Below, piece after piece: positions 12,301 through 20,957 of a stretch of DNA of 56,938 nucleotides (position 1 is the first letter of the stretch; each line of letters opens with the position of its first letter). Origin of the DNA: an uncultured Clostridia bacterium. GTDB taxonomy: Bacteria > Bacillota > Clostridia > TANB77 > CAG-508. The notes under the pieces are model-generated. The model was not told the origin of the DNA and searched no databases. It saw nothing but the letters and a program-made list of their open reading frames with translations. A program made the position numbers and the translations under genes. Location: the NCBI GenBank assembly GCA_947626555.1, contig CANQSP010000003.1:1-56938 (forward strand), written 5' to 3'.

Positions 12301-15300
12301 ACTCAAGCAGAAGAAGGAAAGGTTACATCAGAGGCAACGTCAGAACTAAATGGAACTGTTACAATAAAAGTTACATTAGAAAATAAACAATTCGATTTAG
12401 CTTTAAGAAAATTTATAAGTAAAATAGGAGATAAAGAATATAATAGAGCACCTGTGCCAAATACTGAAAATTTAAATAAACTAGTAGATGGAAAGAAAGT
12501 AACAGGAGCAGAATATGTTCATCCAAAAGATTCTGTTAAGGTAAAAGAAAATGACGAAATAATATATACAATAAGAGTCTATAATGAGGGAGAAATAGAT
12601 GGATATGCAAGCGAAGTAGTAGATTATTTACCAGAAGAATTAGAATTTATAAAAGATGATGAATTAAACCTAAAATATGGTTGGACATATGACGACAGTG
12701 ATGTTGATGAACAAGGAAGAGTAAGAAGAATAAAAACGAATTATACAGCTCAAAATGGTAAATTAGATGTTAAAACTGCAGAAAGACCAAATGGAACTTT
12801 AATAAAAGCATATAATTCAGAGACTAAGAGTTTAGATTATATAGATTTACAAGTAAAATGTTTAGTAAGAAGTAATATAAAATCAAATAAAAATTTAACA
12901 AATATAGCTGAAATTACAAATACTACAGATTACGAAGGAACAAAAGTAACAGATAGAGATTCAACAGAAGATAGTTTAACAAAAAGTAACTCAAAACCAG
13001 AAGATAAAAATCCAGAAGACAATTTACCAAGTGATGAACAATTACCAGGTTATAAAGATGATGAAGTTAAAGAAGGAAAAGAGTATATACCAGGACAACA
13101 AGATGATGATGACTTTGAAAAAGTAGTAGTACAAGAATTTGATTTAGCGCTAAGAAAATTCATAGCTAAGGTAAATAATAAAGATGTAGAGCCATCAAGA
13201 GAGCCACAAGTAGATGTAAGTGGTTTAGTAGATGGAACATCTACAACAGCTGTAAAAGAAAGCGTAAAATCACCTGTAAGAGTTAAGAAGGGCGATACAG
13301 TATTATATACAATAAGAGTATACAATGAAGGTAATGTAAATGCATATGTAGGAGAAATAACAGACTATTTACCAGCAGGATTAGAATATATAGAAGATAG
13401 TAGAATAAATACAGAAAATGGTTGGACAAATCCATCAGGAGATGGAAAAACAATTGTAACAAGAAAACATGAAAATACATTATTAAATGCATTTGATGGA
13501 GAAAAGTTAAAATATTTAGATGTTCAAGTAGAATGTAAAGTTGTAGCTCTAAATAAGGCAACAGACCTTAAAAATATAGCAGAAATAACCGAGCAAAGTG
13601 ATGAAGAAGGAAATAAAGATGTAGAAGATAGAGATTCAACGCCAGATAACTTAACAGATGACCAAAAAGAACATTATAATCCAGAAAACCCTGAAGAAGG
13701 AAAAGGATATGAAGATGATGATGATTTCGAAGACTTAGAATTACAAGAATTTGATTTAAGCCTAAGAAAATTCATAACTAAAGTAAACAATAAAGATGTA
13801 GAACCATCAAGAGAGCCAAAGGTAGATGTAAGTGGTCTAGTAGACGGATCATCAACAACAGCAATAAAGGAGCATACAAAAGAACCAGTAGAAGTATATA
13901 CAAATGATATAATAGTATATACAATAAGGGTATACAACGAGGGAGATATAAATGCATATGTAGGAGAAATAACAGATTATATACCAGAAGGATTAGAGTT
14001 TATAGAAGATAGCAGTGTAAATAAAGAAAATGGTTGGAAAAATCCATCAGGAGATGACAAAACTATTGTAACAAGAAAACATGAAAATACATTGTTAAAT
14101 GCATTTAATGGAGAAGAACTTGCATATTTAGATGTTCAAGTAGAATGTAAAGTTATAGCTAAAAAAGCAAGTGAAAGTTTAAAGAATATAGCAGAAATAA
14201 CCGAGCATAGTGATGAAGATGGAAATAAAGACATAGAAGATAGAGATTCAACACCAGACGATTTAACAGATGAGCAAAAAGAACATTATGACCCAGAAAA
14301 TCCTGAAAAAGGAAAAGGTTATGAAGATGATGATGATTCAGAAGATGCAGTAATTAAGGAAAGAAAGTTTGACCTAAGCTTAAGAAAGTTTATAACAGCT
14401 GTAGACGGAAAAGAAATTGAAGATAGAATTCCAAAGTTCAAAATAGATGAAGATGGAAACTATGTATATGAACATACAAAAGAACCAGTAGAAGTAGAAA
14501 ATGGAAATATAATAATTTACACATTAAGAGTATATAATGAAGGTGACATGGCAGGATTTGCAGAAGAAGTAAAAGATAATATTCCAGATGGATTAGTATA
14601 TTTGCCAGAAGATGAAACAAATATAGAATATCGTTGGAAGATGCTAGACGAAGATGGAAACGAGACAGAAAATGTAGAAGAAGCAGTAGCAATAGTAACT
14701 GACTATTTATCAAAAGCACAAGGGGAAGAAGCAAAAAGAGATAATTTATTATTACCATTTGATAGTGAAACAATGGAAGAACCAGATTACAGAGATGTAA
14801 AAATAGCATTTAAAATTGAAGAACCAAGTACTTCAGATAGAGTAATAATAAATGAAGCCCAAATATCTGATGATGCAGATGAAGATGGAGACGATGTAGA
14901 TGACGATGATTCAACTCCAGATAAATGGGAAGATGGTGATGATGACCAAGATATAGAAAAAGTAGTAGTTAAATATTTTGACTTAAGCTTAAGAAAATGG
15001 GTATCACAAGCAATATTAGTAGTAGACGGAAAACAAACAATTATAGATACTGGTCATAAACCAGAAGATGATCCAGAGTCAACAGTAAAAATTGAATTAG
15101 TAGAAAGCAAATTAAGCAGAACAGTATTAAAATTCAAATACAAAATAAGAGTTACAAACGAGGGCGAAATAGCTGGTAGTGCAACAGAAATATCTGAATA
15201 TATTCCACAAGGTTTAAGATTTGTAGCAGCAGATAATCCAAAGTGGAAAGAAGTAGACGGAAAAGTAGTAACAGACCAATTAAAAGATGTAATATTAGAG

Positions 15301-15588
15301 CCAGGAGAATCAGCAGATGTAGAAATATTATTAACATGGATTAATAGCAAGCAAAACTTTGGACAAATGGTAAACGTAGCAGAAATAAGTGATGATTGGA
15401 ATCCAAGCAATACACCAGATATAGATTCAACACCAAATAATGAAAAGCCAGAAGAAGATGATATAGATGATGCACCAGTAATGCCATCAATAAAGACAGG
15501 AGCAGAAATAACATATATTGGACTAATATTAGGAAGTTTAGTTATAATTGCAGGTGGATTAATATTAATAAAGAAATATGTATTCTAA
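9367..15588 (+). CDS. Giant thioester-domain adhesin, paralogue of 392..9085 with 6 DUF11-like repeats
   Basis: YCI...QQLAIWHYT motif, same domain order, long near-identical segments, IKTG-TM-KKY C-terminus. Confidence 0.85.
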   Translation: MEKMEFFKTKKMILFIISIILITICLVSINSRVNAKDETVYLDLQEFRQKELDSSPNETKTSEELAYKSLNDKIMWKISVRGSSSGGTIDKYRTIYCIKAGPGFGGDMGSMTSGTGTIKAYTKAFDYKNPGTVDSAYRTNILLSGDNYNRLIWVLEHCYIPTNSSNSQDQQRAKDFRANLLKEAGIPNSKITDNEIDIVQQLAIWHYTNNGDANYDRQDSFTFWVRKATESYANLSDKYASGWDREDDAQELFMYFIEKSVEEVNAGWKPSQTVTESPVTMAKINETKTVQYGNEYIIGPFSLTLTNSTVEYDLALALSTNISYRLLNSSKNDVTNSGIKSLVGQNFYIAIPSSTNLTGLKLNLTSTVNQTNITYRSVENGTLNGVSEQPVVELTREQKQMVVPVDIPTLSVFDLALRKSITKVGTNAQSRLPNVVTTTLNNPDTTAKYNHSKEPVTVQPSQEIEYTLTIYNEGQVNGYAKEVVDYLPAGITFVQGIDTDGKWNISSSNESSGITKLTITNIEAHPTILNAYTGSGTPNSITIKLKCKVSAQSQGTAQTLTNIAEITKHSDEFGNETIVDRDSQPNNFPSDNKNNSYSGNGKDGDYVKGMQDDDDFEKIVIPAAKGSFSLQLLKVNNVNNNPLQGAKFRVKLSGTSQEYTNLVTESNGIVTISNIPITSAGTSVYEIIEEEAPQGYNKLINVLKIQVVTVLQGSEYVVQSTSITEGEVAGAKAELVDNKTVKVTIPNEQITGKFNLKIVKYDKDDQGKKLAGAIFEITKPDNSKETLTTIADGSVTLSDLDIPGVGTYTYTIKETQAPTGYEKIIEEIQVKITTEIKDGKYVVKSTEIVSNPQSVDGILSTVGDNEVQIDVPNTKIGFGINLELLKVDYSNNTLKLPGAIFEVTMPDNTKQNLTIGEDGTAKLQNIKIEKEGTYTFTIKEIQAPSTYIPFKETYTLTVKVGLVNDEYVIQEQTITSSKTQAEEGKVTSEATSELNGTVTIKVTLENKQFDLALRKFISKIGDKEYNRAPVPNTENLNKLVDGKKVTGAEYVHPKDSVKVKENDEIIYTIRVYNEGEIDGYASEVVDYLPEELEFIKDDELNLKYGWTYDDSDVDEQGRVRRIKTNYTAQNGKLDVKTAERPNGTLIKAYNSETKSLDYIDLQVKCLVRSNIKSNKNLTNIAEITNTTDYEGTKVTDRDSTEDSLTKSNSKPEDKNPEDNLPSDEQLPGYKDDEVKEGKEYIPGQQDDDDFEKVVVQEFDLALRKFIAKVNNKDVEPSREPQVDVSGLVDGTSTTAVKESVKSPVRVKKGDTVLYTIRVYNEGNVNAYVGEITDYLPAGLEYIEDSRINTENGWTNPSGDGKTIVTRKHENTLLNAFDGEKLKYLDVQVECKVVALNKATDLKNIAEITEQSDEEGNKDVEDRDSTPDNLTDDQKEHYNPENPEEGKGYEDDDDFEDLELQEFDLSLRKFITKVNNKDVEPSREPKVDVSGLVDGSSTTAIKEHTKEPVEVYTNDIIVYTIRVYNEGDINAYVGEITDYIPEGLEFIEDSSVNKENGWKNPSGDDKTIVTRKHENTLLNAFNGEELAYLDVQVECKVIAKKASESLKNIAEITEHSDEDGNKDIEDRDSTPDDLTDEQKEHYDPENPEKGKGYEDDDDSEDAVIKERKFDLSLRKFITAVDGKEIEDRIPKFKIDEDGNYVYEHTKEPVEVENGNIIIYTLRVYNEGDMAGFAEEVKDNIPDGLVYLPEDETNIEYRWKMLDEDGNETENVEEAVAIVTDYLSKAQGEEAKRDNLLLPFDSETMEEPDYRDVKIAFKIEEPSTSDRVIINEAQISDDADEDGDDVDDDDSTPDKWEDGDDDQDIEKVVVKYFDLSLRKWVSQAILVVDGKQTIIDTGHKPEDDPESTVKIELVESKLSRTVLKFKYKIRVTNEGEIAGSATEISEYIPQGLRFVAADNPKWKEVDGKVVTDQLKDVILEPGESADVEILLTWINSKQNFGQMVNVAEISDDWNPSNTPDIDSTPNNEKPEEDDIDDAPVMPSIKTGAEITYIGLILGSLVIIAGGLILIKKYVF

Positions 15589-15611
15589 AATGTTAAATTA
15601 AAAGTAAACTA

Positions 15612-15668
15612 GGTGGACGAATCTTTGTGTTCTAAAAAGAATACCAAGGTCCGTCCATTCTTTATTTA
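15612..15668 (+). terminator. Putative intrinsic terminator
   Basis: Imperfect GGTGGACG...CGTCCATT hairpin followed by T-rich tract. Confidence 0.45.
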
Positions 15669-15861
15669 CACCTAAAAACTTTTAAAAATATTTCTTTACA
15701 ATAAAAACAGCATATGCTATAATCTAAATTGTATAAAAAGGTGTGAGGTAAATTAAATAATATATTTTGGAAAAGTTTAAACGATTCAAAATATTAAAGT
15801 ACTAAAATATTTAAAAATTCAAAATATTTGCAAAAGATTAAAACCATATATAGAAAGGAAA

Positions 15862-16800
15862 ATGTATGATATGAATCAAATACTATTTACTGGTGGAAAT
15901 AAAAAAGAAAAAGGAGGTCCATTGCAACTAAAAACAATAGGTATTATTTTTGCAGTTGCAATTTTATTATTTGGATTAGTTATTGGAGGGATAGCTCTTT
16001 TTAATATGAATGGTGGAGGAGAAGGCGAACAACAAGAAAGGATTCCAGTTTTAGAGTTAAGCCAAAATGGAGCTTCTATAACATTAAATATAACTCATGA
16101 TAGTGCAATAGACAAAATAATATATAATTGGAACGATGGAGAAGAAACAGTATTGCAAGGAAGAGGTAGAAATGTAATAGAAGAAGTGATTTCTGCAACT
16201 ACAGGAACTAATATGTTAAATATAAGAATAGTAGATATATTTGGCAAGGAGGCAACATATTCTGAAGAAATAACAGTAGAGTCTACTGACACTGAGAAAC
16301 CACAAATAGAATTATCAATAGAAGATTCAAAAATAAAAATTTCAGCAAAAGATGAAACAGAGTTAGCATATTTAGAGTTTCATTGGAATGATGAAGACGA
16401 AACAGTTATAGAGCCAAGTGAAGATTCATTAAATGTAATTGAAGAAACAATAGATATATTAAAAGGTGAAAATGTTTTAAAGATAACAGCTGTAGATAAA
16501 GCTGGAAATAAGGAAGAAAAAGAACAAAAATATAAAGGTTCTACAAAACCAACAATACAAATTGTAAAAGAGGGTAATTCAGTAAAAATATCTGTAACAC
16601 ATGAGCAAAATATTCAAAAAATAGAGTATACAATAAATGGCGTGCTATATACAACAGATCCAGAGAATACAGGAGCATCATTGGGAGTAAGTGAATTTTC
16701 ATATAGTTTTCCACTTGCAACAGGTGAAAATGAAATTATGGTAAGAGCATATAATACAGATAATGTATATAATGAAGTATCTCAAAAGATAACATATTAA
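15862..16800 (+). CDS. Membrane-anchored protein with Ig-like extracellular repeats (hypothetical)
   Basis: N-terminal TM helix; repeated Y.WND.EETV....G.N.L.I...D..G modules; GAAAGG RBS. Confidence 0.6.
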   Translation: MYDMNQILFTGGNKKEKGGPLQLKTIGIIFAVAILLFGLVIGGIALFNMNGGGEGEQQERIPVLELSQNGASITLNITHDSAIDKIIYNWNDGEETVLQGRGRNVIEEVISATTGTNMLNIRIVDIFGKEATYSEEITVESTDTEKPQIELSIEDSKIKISAKDETELAYLEFHWNDEDETVIEPSEDSLNVIEETIDILKGENVLKITAVDKAGNKEEKEQKYKGSTKPTIQIVKEGNSVKISVTHEQNIQKIEYTINGVLYTTDPENTGASLGVSEFSYSFPLATGENEIMVRAYNTDNVYNEVSQKITY

Positions 16801-16940
16801 ATTAGCAAGAAGCATATAAAAATAACATATTAATATATTAAAGAATGATATATATAATTTGATAAAAGAATGTTTATTTAAGATTAGCAAAGGAAAAGTA
16901 GAAATTTTTAAAGATATATTGTGCAAAAAGGAAGAGAGGA

Positions 16941-17747
16941 ATGGAAACAAATATAATATATATTTTAACCTATATAATACTATATTCTTTTGCAGGATGG
17001 GTATTAGAATCAATATCTAAAAGTATAGAGGAAAGACAATTAGTAAATAGTGGTTTTCTAAACGGACCAATATGTCCAATATATGGTTTGGGTGCAATGA
17101 TAATGTCATTTACATTGACAAGTTTAAAAGATAATGCCATTTTACTATTTATAGTAGCATTCTTTGTATTGACTACATGGGAGTATATAGTAGGTATATT
17201 TTTAGAAAAGGTATTTAAAACAAAGTATTGGGATTATTCTCACTTAAAATTTAACTTTCAAGGAAGAATATGCTTAAAGAATTCAATCTATTGGGGAATT
17301 TTAGGAGTAGTATTTATAAGATTTGTGCATCCATTTGTTCAATCTCAAGTATATTTAGTAGATTTCCAATTATTAAAATATATAAATATTTTAGTGTATA
17401 GTATATTTACAGTAGATGTTGTATTTAGTGTAATGACAGTAATAAATATAGATTCAACAATAGAAAAAATAAATATGTTAGGTGAAAACATTAAACAGAA
17501 AGTAGAAGAGTTAAAGAATTCTTCTTCACGTTCAACAGTTGAAAATATAGAAAAGGTTATAAGAGAGCTAAAATTAAAACAAACTAAAATAAAATTAAGA
17601 ATGTATAGACAAACAAAGAGATTAAAAAAGGCCTTTCCTAAAATGAAGTCTGAAAGTATCAATAAATTTTTGAGCCAAAAAATTGATTTAGAAAGTTTAA
17701 GAAGAATAGTAAAAAGAAAAGGTAAAGATGATATAGATAAAAATTAA
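16941..17747 (+). CDS. Putative ABC transporter permease family membrane protein (CmpB/DUF1361-like)
   Basis: YSFAGW.LE...GFLNGPICPIYG.G and YWDYS...NFQGRICL motifs. Confidence 0.75.
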   Translation: METNIIYILTYIILYSFAGWVLESISKSIEERQLVNSGFLNGPICPIYGLGAMIMSFTLTSLKDNAILLFIVAFFVLTTWEYIVGIFLEKVFKTKYWDYSHLKFNFQGRICLKNSIYWGILGVVFIRFVHPFVQSQVYLVDFQLLKYINILVYSIFTVDVVFSVMTVINIDSTIEKINMLGENIKQKVEELKNSSSRSTVENIEKVIRELKLKQTKIKLRMYRQTKRLKKAFPKMKSESINKFLSQKIDLESLRRIVKRKGKDDIDKN

Positions 17748-17759
17748 TAGGAGAAGTAT

Positions 17760-18695
17760 ATGGAACAAGAGATATATTTAATAGATAATGATAAAGAAAT
17801 AATAAATAAGCTCACAAATATATTTAAAGACGAAAAGATGTATAAATTTACAAATGTAGAAACATCTAATATAGATGAGGTCTTAAAAAATATACCATCA
17901 CTAATAATGATAAACGAAGATACATTAGATATTGATGCGAGTGAAATATGTAAAAAAATTAAAGAAAATGAAGATAATAATATAACTCCTATTATAGTAT
18001 TATCCTCAAAAATAGAACACAATCATAGAATACAGATTTTAAAGCAGGGAATATTACATTATATAAAAATGCCAATGGATGAAGAATATATATATTATAC
18101 TATAAAAAATATATTACAATTATTATATATTAATAGAAGAGTTAGTCCTTTAACAGGACTTCCAGGAAATGTTCAAATTCAAGCTGAAATGAAGAAAAGA
18201 TGGCTTAGTAAAAAGAGGTTTGCAGTTTTTTATTTTGACTTAGATAATTTTAAGGCATATAATGATATATATGGTTTCTTAAAAGGAGATGAAGTAATAA
18301 AACTTACAGCAAAAACTATATTAAGAAATGTTCATAGGTTAGGAAATGATAATAGTTTTGTAGGGCATATTGGAGGAGACGATTTTGTCGTAATAGTATC
18401 AGATATTGATTATGATAAATTATGCCAAGATATAATATCTGAGTTTGACAATTGTATAAAAAATTATTTTTCAGATTGTGATGTTGAGAGAGGTTATATA
18501 GAAGTAGCAAACAGAAGAGGAGTAATTGAGCAGTTTCCTTTAACTGCAATTTCAATAGGTGTTGTAGAAGTAACTCACGATAGATTTAATAATATTCTAG
18601 AAATTGGTGAAGCAGGGGCTAATGTTAAGCATTTAGCGAAGACTATACAAGGTAGTACATATGTTGTAGATAGAAGAAAAAATAAAGAAGATTAG
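17760..18695 (+). CDS. Receiver-domain + GGDEF protein (diguanylate cyclase-like)
   Basis: REC-like N-terminus; SPLTGLPGN, DLDNFKAYND.YGF..GD and GGDDF motifs. Confidence 0.85.
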   Translation: MEQEIYLIDNDKEIINKLTNIFKDEKMYKFTNVETSNIDEVLKNIPSLIMINEDTLDIDASEICKKIKENEDNNITPIIVLSSKIEHNHRIQILKQGILHYIKMPMDEEYIYYTIKNILQLLYINRRVSPLTGLPGNVQIQAEMKKRWLSKKRFAVFYFDLDNFKAYNDIYGFLKGDEVIKLTAKTILRNVHRLGNDNSFVGHIGGDDFVVIVSDIDYDKLCQDIISEFDNCIKNYFSDCDVERGYIEVANRRGVIEQFPLTAISIGVVEVTHDRFNNILEIGEAGANVKHLAKTIQGSTYVVDRRKNKED

Positions 18696-18738
18696 ATTGA
18701 AATAAATAACTAAATTAGATAGAAAGTGAAAATGGAAT

Positions 18739-19131
18739 ATGTCAAAAAAAAGAAAAATGTTCATAATAGAACTAGGAATTTTACTTCTAGTTCTAATTAT
18801 TTTTATAATTGCAAAAACAAAAATATATACAATTTTTCCATTATGTATAATAAAGCGATTTTTTGGAATAGATTGCCCTTCATGTGGTGCAACCAGATGT
18901 GTTACAAATTTTGTTACAGGAAATTGGGTAGAGAGTTTTATGTATCATCCATTTTTCTTTGTAACTATAATATATTTAATAGTAGTAAATATTGTATACA
19001 TCATTAATGCTTTTAGGAAAAAAGAAATATTAAAATGGATTTATCCTAAATTTAAATTTTGGATAGTTTGGACAATATTGTTAATTATTTTTGCAATTGT
19101 AAGAATTTTATTAAATAAATATTTTTTATGA
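18739..19131 (+). CDS. DUF2752-like membrane protein
   Basis: C......GIDCPSCGATR...YHP motif with TM helices. Confidence 0.75.
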   Translation: MSKKRKMFIIELGILLLVLIIFIIAKTKIYTIFPLCIIKRFFGIDCPSCGATRCVTNFVTGNWVESFMYHPFFFVTIIYLIVVNIVYIINAFRKKEILKWIYPKFKFWIVWTILLIIFAIVRILLNKYFL

Positions 19132-19281
19132 TATACACATTATAATACAATTGTTAGAGACTAATATATAATTTAGTAATGGAAAATTTAGTCAAAAAAA
19201 ATGTAATTTAAAGAAAAAAAGTTTAATTGTAGAAATAAACTATAAGATTTTAGTAAAATTGAAAAAAATTTAAAAATTAAT

Positions 19282-19310
19282 TTGACGAAAAAAAGATTAT
19301 ATTGTATAAT
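19282..19310 (+). promoter_or_regulatory. sigma-A-like promoter
   Basis: TTGACG-17bp-TATAAT; AAGGGGG RBS downstream. Confidence 0.6.
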
Positions 19311-19360
19311 TATAAAAAATATAATTTTTTTGTATCATAATATAAAAGGGGGAAATTTAA

Positions 19361-19768
19361 ATGGAAGAAAATCCAATGGAAGGACAATCAAATTCTAATC
19401 AAAATGCTCAACAACAACCACAAGTAAACGTAAATGTAAACAATACACAAACAGCAGAAAAAACATCAGGACTATGTATAGCAGCTTTAGTTTTAGGTAT
19501 AGTATCTTTAGTATTATGGTGTTTTTGGTTTATATCAGTTCCATGCGCAATACTTGCATTCATCTTAGGTCTTGTTGGACTAAAAAAACCAGGAAAAGGA
19601 ATGGCAATAGCAGGTGTTGTAACTGGTTTAATAACAGCTGTTACTTGGTTAATAACATTTATATATCTTGCTGTAGTAGTAGGAGCATTATCATCAGCTA
19701 ATGGTGATATTAATTCAGCATTACAAGATTATATGGATAACTATGGAAGTAGCTATTATAATTATTAA
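19361..19768 (+). CDS. DUF4190-like membrane protein
   Basis: IAALVLGI.S...LG.VG...GKGMAIAG..G pattern. Confidence 0.7.
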   Translation: MEENPMEGQSNSNQNAQQQPQVNVNVNNTQTAEKTSGLCIAALVLGIVSLVLWCFWFISVPCAILAFILGLVGLKKPGKGMAIAGVVTGLITAVTWLITFIYLAVVVGALSSANGDINSALQDYMDNYGSSYYNY

Positions 19769-19838
19769 TAAAGAAATTTTGAATAAAAATTAAAAACTCT
19801 CATATAAATATATAAAACATTTATATGGGAGTTTTTTT

Positions 19839-20550
19839 ATGATTGTATTAAGTGGTAAGAGATTATTATTAATGTTAAGTGCAGTATTAGTAGCTATTGG
19901 AGTATTTAGTATTAATATGAAAATGGAAGAAGAAACCATGCAAACTGTAGCATTACCTGTAAGTAATAAAGTAATTGTTATAGATGCACGGGCATGGAGT
20001 GCCAGATGAGGGTGCAGAGAGTAGTAATGGAACAACAGAAGCACAAACAAATTTAAAAATTGCACTAAAAGTTCAAAATTTATTAGAACAGAGTGGAGCA
20101 ACAGTAATATTAACAAGAAGTGATGAAAATGCAATATATGATATAGATAGTAAAACATTAAAAGAAAAGAAAGTATCAGACATAAAAAATAGAGTAAAAA
20201 TAGGAAATGAGTCTAGTGCAGACATATTTGTAAGTATTCATTTAAATAAAATTCCTCAATCTCAATATTGGGGTTGGCAGTGCTTTTATAAAGAAGATAA
20301 CGAAAAAAGCAAATTATTAGCACAAACATTACAGCAAAATTTAAACGAAGCCATCCAAAAAGAAAATAAAAGGGTTGCTATGAAAATTAATAATATATAT
20401 ATAATTAAACATGTGGAGATTCCAACAAGCATTGTAGAATGTGGTTTTTTATCAAATCCTGAAGAAGAAAAGTTACTTTTAGATGATGAATATCAAAATA
20501 AAATTGCTTGGGGAATCTACAATGGAATTATAGATTATTTTTATAATTAA
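19839..20550 (+). CDS. cwlD: N-acetylmuramoyl-L-alanine amidase, CwlD-like (about 236 aa); needs +1 shift at CGG 19989
   Basis: ATG 19839 gives TM + ALPVSNKVIVIDA. Skipping C19989 gives GHGVPDEGA (amidase_3 IDAGHG motif), then SIHLN and VECGFLSN. Confidence 0.8.
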
Positions 20551-20890
20551 ACTATTAGGGACGGGGTTAAATAGTTTAGCACAATTAATAATTTGCAAAG
20601 TAACAGTTAAACTATTAGGGACGGAGTTAAATAGTTTAACAATTTAATTGTTATATAGCAAAACATGAATATTATATATTTTGAAGTGGTTCGTGGGGAC
20701 CGTTTTAGAAAATGTTACGAACGTATGTGAGTTACATTTTCTTAAATGGGGCAACGCAAAAATATATAATATTCATGTTTTGCAAATAATATAAATAAAA
20801 TTTTGTTAAACTATTTAACTCCGTCCCTAATAGTTTAACTTAAAAATAAGCTTAGTGCTAAACTATTTAACCCCGTCCCTAATAGTTTAA
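20547..20890. repeat. Nested palindromic cluster of GGGACGG hairpin repeats around a central hairpin element
   Basis: Perfect IR pairs 20547-20582/20855-20890, 20605-20642/20803-20840 and 20658-20682/20759-20783. Confidence 0.9.
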
Positions 20891-20957
20891 CGAATAATTT
20901 TCCTCTCTTGGTAAATAATATTAATATACAAATTTACCAAGGGGCGAAAGATTTTAT

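Noticed and set aside
633-15410. Many short antisense ORFs over the adhesins (and over other genes)
   Set aside because: Shadows of biased codon usage; they repeat with the sense-strand repeats and show no recognisable motifs.
1-15588. Diversity-generating retroelement (RT nearby plus duplicated sequences)
   Set aside because: The edge feature is a group II intron end; the duplicates are whole coding domains and their differences are not visibly adenine-specific.
18726-19007. 93-aa ORF overlapping the DUF2752 gene as a possible further frameshift
   Set aside because: 18739..19131 is complete on its own and there is no CGG; alternative-frame shadow.
20547-20890. 36-38-bp repeats resembling a CRISPR array
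   Set aside because: Only two direct copies followed by two inverted copies, a further pair inside a CDS, and no cas genes or leader.
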